14,225 bases of DNA from a virus (Duplodnaviria; Heunggongvirae; Uroviricota; Caudoviricetes), in IMG/VR virus record IMGVR_UViG_2778261499_000007; one strand, given 5' to 3'. The translations under genes were made by a program, and so were the position numbers. The notes beneath the pieces are model-generated. The model was not told where the DNA came from, searched no databases, and saw nothing but the letters and a program-made list of their open reading frames with translations. Of this stretch, positions 5,252 to 11,190 are shown piece by piece. Every line of letters begins with the position of its first letter. Within the stretch, counting starts at the first letter, position 1.

Positions 5252-6486
5252 ATCCGTTTTATGCCACAACCGCCCGGTTGACAGAGTAAGAGAGAGGGTG
5301 TAACCCTTTTTCGTAATACTAATAAAATCAATAGCTTAGCTCAATTGGCCTTTTCTCTGTTTTTGTCAAATTTAACATACCCTAAAAAACTGCAAAATCT
5401 GGCTGCAAGATTATCTGCAGCTGGATTTCTTACACCTCAATTTGTGGTATCACCCTGACTAGTTTGTGCATAAAATGAACAGTTTTTAACATTTCCTCTT
5501 CACCTGGTAACCACACAAAAAGCTAAAAACGAGGCACAGATAATCTTAGAGGCCTGTTTTCTTGTTATCACTCTGGAAACGTCGTAGAAGTGATTTTGAT
5601 GAAAGATGACCTACCCTATTACACCCCCATTTTTTGTTATCACAATTGCATCCTGTGCGGTGTATGGCTGTGTGCTGAAAGCGGTCTTGGGTGTGGGTGT
5701 CAGAAATATCCATTAGCGGTATTAATACCCGTCAGATGTTCGTCTGAGGTGCCAGGCAGGCGCTCCCCCACCTCCCTTTTTTCTTCTAACAATTCTCAAA
5801 TATCACACCACTGCCGACCACGTTACTACTCTGTTAATTCTTAAGCTTTGCTGTATGTTGTGCACATTATTTATTCAGGTGCGTGTACGTAAATTCTGGG
5901 CCTCCTTATCATGATTTTTAAATCAGATTTTGTAGTTCGGTTTCTTAGTGTAGATAAGATCTATTATGTTAAATGCAATTTTCCCAACCCTTCAAATCAA
6001 TGACTTACATGTAAGCATGCACTAACACCCCACACAGCACATTAGACGTATAGATGGCTATATCCCACATTTTTGATTGTTTTGTAGTCATTCCCCTGAT
6101 CATTTAACCAGTATAGTTTGTTCTTTGCAGACCACAAAATCGGAATTTACATCTGATTAACATAATCTGTTAGCATGATCACTATTACCCACACAACAAT
6201 AACCCCATGCAAGACTCTTCAGGCAATTTATCGGCGTGTTGGTGTGAACAGTCTTTCATGTTCTTTATGTTTTCATTGTCCTGTGTGAGGGAAGGATGGA
6301 CTGCCCCAGGGGCCACACTTATGATGCCCGGTCAACATAGCTATTGATAAAATCAACGGGTGTTGATCTGCATATTTCCCACACATGAGAGGAAATCAGA
6401 GCAAAGAGAGAGGAGAGAGGTTTGCTAGTCAAAATAGGTCAATTGACGGCTAATACAGAGTAAAAAATCAGATGCAATCACTCCCC

Positions 6487-6673
6487 ACCTGTTGGGATTT
6501 CCCGCACCTGTATAAGAATACAGTCATACTTTCCCGTTATACGGTCATACACATGATGGAATAACCTGTTGGAATTTCCTACAGGTTTAACCATACACAG
6601 GAGCTAACCTGTTGGAATTTCCTACTACTACCTGTCGGTATTTCCCACAGGTACCTGTTGGAATTTCCCACAC
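6487..6673 (+). repeat. Iteron array (5 x 21 bp, ACCTGTTGGAATTTCCCACAS); candidate replication origin
   Basis: Copies start at 6487, 6564, 6607, 6630 and 6653. The last three have a 23-bp period. Each contains an internal ACCTGT...ACAGGT dyad. An AT-rich flank (6674-6708) contains GATCTATTCTCTT on the minus strand (6683-6695), 1 mismatch from the oriC 13-mer GATCTnTTnTTTT. Confidence 0.75.
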
Positions 6674-6797
6674 TAATAGATAAAGAGAATAGATCAATAA
6701 AAAGAACTCCCCCTATAATCCCCCAACAAGGGGGGATGGGGAGGGATCAGAGAGTGGGGAAGGTTTTCTAAGGGAAAAGCTTAACCCACAAATGAAA

Positions 6798-7086
6798 GCC
6801 TAAAGAGCATTAGCGACTCTTTAGGCAATCTGTGTGTGGGGTGACAATGTATTCCATACATGACACGTCACCCAATTGTGTGTGGGGTGCTTACAGCACT
6901 TAAGCCTCTGGCTTAACCCTTCGGGCCTCTGTGTGGGAAGCGTAGTGCGATAGCACGTAGCTTTATAATGTGGAGTCCGGATAAGAGACTTCTGTTTCCA
7001 ATCCGGACCGTTTAAGCGAGGGATTCCGCTCGCCCGTGTATGCACACACGTAATAGGACGCTCAGAAATCGATTTTAAGGCCCAAA
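6798..7086 (+). other. Cluster of GC-rich hairpins (candidate structured ncRNA or single-strand initiation signal)
   Basis: GCCTAAAGAG/CTCTTTAGGC (6798-6826); GGGTGAC..GTCACCC with nested ATGTAT/ATACAT (6839-6873); CCC-TTCG-GGG context (6917-6925); GTCCGGAT/ATCCGGAC (6975-7008); GCGAG/CTCGC (7016-7033); AGGCCC/GGGCCT (7069-7086). TGTGTGTGGGGTG occurs twice (6831, 6877). Confidence 0.35.
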
Positions 7087-7231
7087 ACGGGGCCTACAGC
7101 AACCTAAACCATACTCCATAGTGCAATTGCATTGCCTGATGCTTAAATCGCGTTGTAGGGCATCTCATGAGGTTTGAGTTTAACACCCTCCAAAGTTTTA
7201 ACAAAAAGTGCTCTCCCTCCATTGTGGGCCA

Positions 7232-7261
7232 TTGACAATCTTATTGCATAAATGCTATAAG
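7232..7261 (+). promoter_or_regulatory. Promoter P1 (TTGACA-18-TATAAG)
   Basis: Read directly. Shares the ATTGACAAT motif with P2 and P3. Confidence 0.5.
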
Positions 7262-7360
7262 TGATTCTGGTTTTGACACGGTAGGGGCCATTAATAATGT
7301 TTACCCCTTTGCTGTGGACTTGCTTGCACCTATAGCACACCTAAATGATAATAATTCTCA

Positions 7361-7389
7361 TTGACAATTGGTTGACAATATGATAAGAT
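7361..7389 (+). promoter_or_regulatory. Promoter P2 (TTGACA-17-TAAGAT)
   Basis: Read directly. A second TTGACAAT lies 11 bp downstream, at 7372. Confidence 0.5.
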
Positions 7390-7424
7390 TATAAATAGGG
7401 GGAGAAACAGATCCGGAGGTCAAT

Positions 7425-7574
7425 GTGGAAATTACTGATGCAATAGCGATCATCAACCTGGCTGTACTGTGGTGCGGTGTTGCCTACATAGCCGGAGTAA
7501 CTGCAATCGACAATCTCGAAGAAAAAATGATAGATAAATACAAAAAGATTGTTGACAATTTGACGAATGTCTGA
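7425..7574 (+). CDS. Small single-TM peptide (49 aa, GTG start)
   Basis: GGAGG lies 5 nt upstream of the GTG. Translation: VEITDAIAIINLAVLWCGVAYIAGVTAIDNLEEKMIDKYKKIVDNLTNV. Not in the ORF track; translated by hand. Confidence 0.4.
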   Translation: MEITDAIAIINLAVLWCGVAYIAGVTAIDNLEEKMIDKYKKIVDNLTNV

Positions 7575-7580
7575 TAAAAT
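7552..7580 (+). promoter_or_regulatory. Promoter P3 (TTGACA-17-TAAAAT)
   Basis: Read directly. It lies inside the 3' end of the 49-aa ORF. Confidence 0.55.
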
Positions 7581-7630
7581 ATAAAGCATAGGGTAATTCT
7601 CATCATAGTGAATTTCCTTAAACAAAAATG

Positions 7631-7662
7631 CGGGGGCTTGTCTTAAGTTCCCGTTTCTTTTT
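7631..7662 (+). terminator. Intrinsic terminator / attenuator in the leader of the replication operon
   Basis: CGGGGGCTT-gtctt-AAGTTCCCG (9-bp stem including two G.U pairs) followed by TTTCTTTTT. It sits between P3 and the ATG at 7706. Confidence 0.55.
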
Positions 7663-7705
7663 AACCGTATATCGCACAGGCGGTGAGCTGACAGGAGATT
7701 GAATC

Positions 7706-7915
7706 ATGGCTAAAACCGGACCGATAAGCCAGCTGGTAAACTGGACTACTGACGAAATCGTCGAGAACGTGCTTAAAGGTAACTTTCGAAAAACTTCCGT
7801 TTATGCATTTATTCGTAAACACAAAGGGGAATACCCACATATTGAAGCGGCAATAGAAAAACTTAACTTTATCCGCATTGAGCGTGAGCTGGAAAGATAT
7901 AAACATCTACTTTGA
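7706..7915 (+). CDS. Small protein (69 aa), possible DNA-binding regulator
   Basis: AGGAG lies 8 nt upstream. First gene of the rightward operon. KTSVYAFIRKHKGEYP weakly recalls AlpA/Xis-type sTiYr.i..g.fP. Confidence 0.5.
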   Translation: MAKTGPISQLVNWTTDEIVENVLKGNFRKTSVYAFIRKHKGEYPHIEAAIEKLNFIRIERELERYKHLL

Positions 7916-7939
7916 TAAATAATCTTGGAGGATCATATT

Positions 7940-8326
7940 ATGGCAAATAACGATGAAAATTTTACTCCCTTTTTTAAACGTTTCATCAAATACACTTTTA
8001 AAAATCCGATTGCAAAAACTGCAACCAATAAAGAAAGATTTCACTTAAATGTGTTGGAGGTAACAATTTATGGTGAAATGGTAAGTTATTCTTTTAAGGA
8101 GGGTGAAGAAATAATTATCTCAGAGCTCTCGACGCAGACATTAGCAGACGATTATGATGTTACAGAGAAAACAGTAAGGTCGGCTATCAAAACATTAGAG
8201 GCTGCAGGTCTGATAAACGTTAAACGAGAACAGGGCAAATCGAATATCTACGAATTGCTAATTACCCCTGATCAGCTTGGCAAGATGTGCGATGAGCAGG
8301 GTATTAGAGAATATTTTATATATTAA
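7940..8326 (+). CDS. Winged-helix DNA-binding protein, short paralog of the Rep-like protein (128 aa)
   Basis: GGAGG lies 8 nt upstream of the ATG at 7940. The track start at 7925 is a TTG. It aligns along its whole length with the N-terminal 130 aa of the next protein (FTP.F..FI.Y.F..P.A....NK...ERF.L...E..IYG.MV...F.....I.ISE...LA.......VSAIK.LE.AGLI......G.SN.Y.LL.TPDQL..MC.E.G). Confidence 0.65.
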   Translation: MANNDENFTPFFKRFIKYTFKNPIAKTATNKERFHLNVLEVTIYGEMVSYSFKEGEEIIISELSTQTLADDYDVTEKTVRSAIKTLEAAGLINVKREQGKSNIYELLITPDQLGKMCDEQGIREYFIY

Positions 8327-8337
8327 TGGGGGGAACT

Positions 8338-9258
8338 ATGGCAGGAAATAAACTGGGGGCACCTTTTACCCCCTCTTTCGATTTCTTTATTCAGTATGAT
8401 TTTGATAAACCAGTAGCAACAACAATTTCTAATAAAAAGACTGGAACAGTTAAAGAGCGCTTCTATTTAACAGACTTTGAAATGTTGATTTATGGAAAAA
8501 TGGTGGGATTTCATTTTAACGGTGAGGGAATTTATATTTCAGAGCAAAAACTGGCAACTCAACTCAGAAAGGATCGCGGGAAAATAGTAAGCGCTATTAA
8601 ATCTCTGGAAAATGCCGGGCTTATTTCTAAAGATAGCCGGAAAGGCATGTCTAATAATTACAAATTGCTGAAAACCCCTGATCAATTGTTGGATATGTGC
8701 ATTGAGAAGGGCGTAAATATTCCAGAAGGCATCTTAGAGACTTTCGGAAAGACTGCCGCTAAAGTAGAACAGCCTCAGGAAGCCCCAAAACAAGCCACAC
8801 AGCAAGCTAAAAAGGCTAAAGTAGTGCAATTGCCTACCCAAGACACTAAAGCGCCTCAAATTAACGCTGTTAGTGACAAGCCACGCCGGGGCCGTCCTGT
8901 GAAAGATGTCACCGATGGAGGCTGGATCGTCCTGGGTGAGAGTGAGGCTAAAGGCATAATGCGATCACTGTGGGAAAGCAAATACAAAGATTTAAACAAA
9001 CGTCGCCCGATCCTTTTGTCAAAGATTCAGGAGGATTTTTACACCGCAGAAGAGGTAAGCCAACATAAAGGGAAAAGAGAGGGTGAAATCTGGAAACCGG
9101 AAGAATACTGGCATTTAACCAGACCTGTGTTTATTTTTGCAAATAAGCTTATTGGGATGGGATTTGAAATATTGTTGGATAAAACCTGCGGAGATTATCC
9201 CGAAATATTGTGGAGAAATGTTAGAAAAAATAAAAAAGGCATTTTAGAGTTTAAATAA
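8338..9258 (+). CDS. Putative replication initiator (306 aa): N-terminal winged helix plus a PRRGRP basic linker plus a C-terminal domain
   Basis: GGGGGG lies 4 nt upstream of the ATG at 8338, and the paralog alignment starts at MAGNK. The wHTH pattern is typical of plasmid/phage initiators. The iterons lie about 1.3 kb upstream. Confidence 0.55.
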   Translation: MAGNKLGAPFTPSFDFFIQYDFDKPVATTISNKKTGTVKERFYLTDFEMLIYGKMVGFHFNGEGIYISEQKLATQLRKDRGKIVSAIKSLENAGLISKDSRKGMSNNYKLLKTPDQLLDMCIEKGVNIPEGILETFGKTAAKVEQPQEAPKQATQQAKKAKVVQLPTQDTKAPQINAVSDKPRRGRPVKDVTDGGWIVLGESEAKGIMRSLWESKYKDLNKRRPILLSKIQEDFYTAEEVSQHKGKREGEIWKPEEYWHLTRPVFIFANKLIGMGFEILLDKTCGDYPEILWRNVRKNKKGILEFK

Positions 9259-9275
9259 AAACACTGATAATCTTA

Positions 9276-9289
9276 TTTTTTTTTTTTTT
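9276..9289 (+). repeat. T14 homopolymer tract
   Basis: Counted directly. It lies between the Rep-like stop and the RBS of the next small ORF. Confidence 0.9.
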
Positions 9290-9306
9290 GTTTAAGGAAA
9301 TTTAAA

Positions 9307-9453
9307 ATGTATGGCGATTTTGATTATTACCTGGAAAAGGAAAAATATTTTGAAGATGAACTATCACAACATTTTTCATATTGGGAAGAATATTGTGGTT
9401 GGTTAGCTGAAGATCCAGCAGATGAAGAAAATGATTCTGACATCCCTTATTAA
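9307..9453 (+). CDS. Highly acidic, aromatic-rich 48-aa protein
   Basis: AAGGA lies 8 nt upstream. Translation: MYGDFDYYLEKEKYFEDELSQHFSYWEEYCGWLAEDPADEENDSDIPY (18 D/E, 2 K, 0 R). Not in the ORF track; translated by hand. Confidence 0.5.
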   Translation: MYGDFDYYLEKEKYFEDELSQHFSYWEEYCGWLAEDPADEENDSDIPY

Positions 9454-9551
9454 TTAATATCCCCTGTTATCCCCAAACAAACTAAATAAATAAACTAAGC
9501 ACTAGAACTAGATTGATTGCCCTGATCTTTTAAACGTTCGGAGAATTAATC

Positions 9552-10040
9552 ATGTTCAAATCTGATCTTTCTGATTCCCAATTTGAAAAACTGGTAGCAC
9601 TGCAGAAATATCTCCCCAGTGATGATCAACCAACACGACAGGCTAAACACTTATTAGTCGAGGGCTTTACCCCTGAATTCGTGGCGGAATATACAGGCGT
9701 TAAACTTGAGAAAGTCCAAAAACTATATAATGAGTCCTGGAATCCACGGTGTCGAGTTCCCCTCAGTGTCTACAACGAAATAGATAGAGATAGAAATGTC
9801 TTCGAAGATCGCCGCCGCAAATCTCTTTTAATGTGGAATTGTGGGATGAATATTGAAGAGATAGCAAAAGAATTAAAAGTAACCTGCTTTCATATCTGGG
9901 GCTTGTTGAGTGAAATCCTACCACGTAAGGAGCTTAATCAACGTTTGCCTAAGCCCGGTAGTCGTGCTTATCGCGAATTTATATTCATCTACCGCCGCCA
10001 TAGCAATAAAGTCCGGAAAGCAATGGCCCAGAAAGCCTAA
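9552..10040 (+). CDS. Protein with two HTH-like motifs (162 aa); function unknown
   Basis: GGAGA lies 7 nt upstream. HTH-like stretches: FTPEFVAEYTGVKLEKVQKLY and MNIEEIAKELKVTCFHIWGLL. Basic C-terminal tail. Confidence 0.6.
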   Translation: MFKSDLSDSQFEKLVALQKYLPSDDQPTRQAKHLLVEGFTPEFVAEYTGVKLEKVQKLYNESWNPRCRVPLSVYNEIDRDRNVFEDRRRKSLLMWNCGMNIEEIAKELKVTCFHIWGLLSEILPRKELNQRLPKPGSRAYREFIFIYRRHSNKVRKAMAQKA

Positions 10041-10113
10041 GTTTTATCTCTTCGATTTATTTATTTTCGACTCACTTTAACCCCTTCCGGGGCTCTAATT
10101 TAAGGAATTCCAA

Positions 10114-10557
10114 ATGTCTCAAATCGCTAAATTACTATCCCAGGTTATCAAAGCTTTCGACGCTGAAGATTCAAAAGTTCGCCAGGATCTTTTAGATGGC
10201 AAGTTTACCAACACCCTGGCATTTACCCGTGACAAAGAGCACTTCTTAAAACACAGACACCACGCTTTTGCTGAATGCAAGTCCGCTAATGGTGATGTTT
10301 TCTATGTCGATTTGGTGGTTATGGCATGTAGATTGTGGATGATTCAGGACCTTATGCGCCAACACGGTGATGATCCTCTTATCAGCATGTGGAACAGCGC
10401 CCAGGATGGCTTTGTGATTGCTGCCTTATCCAAATCAATGATTGAGGCAGAAGGGGCAAGCCTTCAGAACATGGCAGATCTCTTTGAAATAAGCGTAGGA
10501 ATGATGCAGACCATGCTCCAAGCTGTCAAACCTCTCAAACTGGTTAATCTTGATTAA
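10114..10557 (+). CDS. Hypothetical helical protein (147 aa)
   Basis: AAGGA lies 7 nt upstream. No recognisable motif. Confidence 0.55.
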   Translation: MSQIAKLLSQVIKAFDAEDSKVRQDLLDGKFTNTLAFTRDKEHFLKHRHHAFAECKSANGDVFYVDLVVMACRLWMIQDLMRQHGDDPLISMWNSAQDGFVIAALSKSMIEAEGASLQNMADLFEISVGMMQTMLQAVKPLKLVNLD

Positions 10558-10618
10558 GCTATTGATAAATAAGCACTCCCCATTTTTTTGGGGGGTGCAT
10601 CAATGAGAGGATATGCCT

Positions 10619-11002
10619 ATGAATATTGAAGAAATGATAGTTGAATTCGAAGATGGTGATTTCCTGGAAGATGGGGAGTTTAAATACTCCCGTTTTAAAC
10701 AGGCGTTATTTAGCAGTGAGGATAAACCACACGTTAGTGATCTTAACGACGATGATTTATGTCGTTGGGTATGCACCCGCTTATATGAGGATGGAAAATA
10801 TACAGGCCAAAACTTTCCAAATCTCTATTTCAAAGCACAAACATTTGAGGAAGGGCAAAGAGTGAAAAACCTGGTAGATAAAATGCTTTCAGCCGGATAT
10901 TTGCATAAAGAATTATTAAATCCTAAAGCTGAAAGCAAGCGCCATTATATTTTTGTGTGGTCTGTGGGGGATAAGTGCCCACTGAAGCGTAAAGGCAAAT
11001 GA
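10619..11002 (+). CDS. Hypothetical acidic protein (127 aa); tail assembly chaperone by position only
   Basis: GAGAGGA lies 7-8 nt upstream of the second ATG (10619). Acidic N-terminus. It sits two genes before the tape measure gene. Confidence 0.5.
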   Translation: MNIEEMIVEFEDGDFLEDGEFKYSRFKQALFSSEDKPHVSDLNDDDLCRWVCTRLYEDGKYTGQNFPNLYFKAQTFEEGQRVKNLVDKMLSAGYLHKELLNPKAESKRHYIFVWSVGDKCPLKRKGK

Positions 11003-11003
11003 T

Positions 11004-11189
11004 ATGAATACCTACGAAAAGATTTATCAAAAATTAAAAAGTGATAACAATGCTCCCGTCATCAAGGGCGGGGCTTCTTCCTCTGGTGACCTCTCAATCG
11101 AAGAGCTTGCGGAGAAATATAATATTGATAAAGAGGCCCTGAAAAGGGCTATTTCATTATCAAAATCTTTAAGACAAGGCGAGGTATAA
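11004..11189 (+). CDS. Hypothetical protein (61 aa)
   Basis: Tightly packed between its neighbours: it starts 1 nt after the upstream stop and its stop is 1 nt before the tape measure ATG. Confidence 0.5.
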   Translation: MNTYEKIYQKLKSDNNAPVIKGGASSSGDLSIEELAEKYNIDKEALKRAISLSKSLRQGEV

Positions 11190-11190
11190 A

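Noticed and set aside
5590-5844. 84-aa Cys-rich ORF
   Set aside because: It has a GTG start without an SD, contains an internal terminator-like hairpin (GAGGTG...CACCTC plus a T-run), and its composition looks like noise.
6487-6673. Direct repeats as a CRISPR array
   Set aside because: Repeat spacing is irregular (77, 43, 23 and 23 bp) and the last copies are almost abutting, so there are no spacers. There are no cas genes. The pattern fits iterons.
6821-7906. Minus-strand ORFs 6821-7045, 7143-7340, 7389-7625, 7661-7906
   Set aside because: They lack SDs and run through the hairpin cluster, the promoters and the 69-aa gene. Their translations are low quality. Four similarly sized ORFs in a row prompted a check for stop-codon recoding, but the frames differ and nothing links them.
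10980-11010. Programmed frameshift joining 10619-11002 to 11004-11189 (gpG/gpGT-like chaperone)
   Set aside because: The downstream frame is +1, not -1, only 6 codons overlap, and there is no slippery heptamer (sequence CGT AAA GGC AAA TGA).
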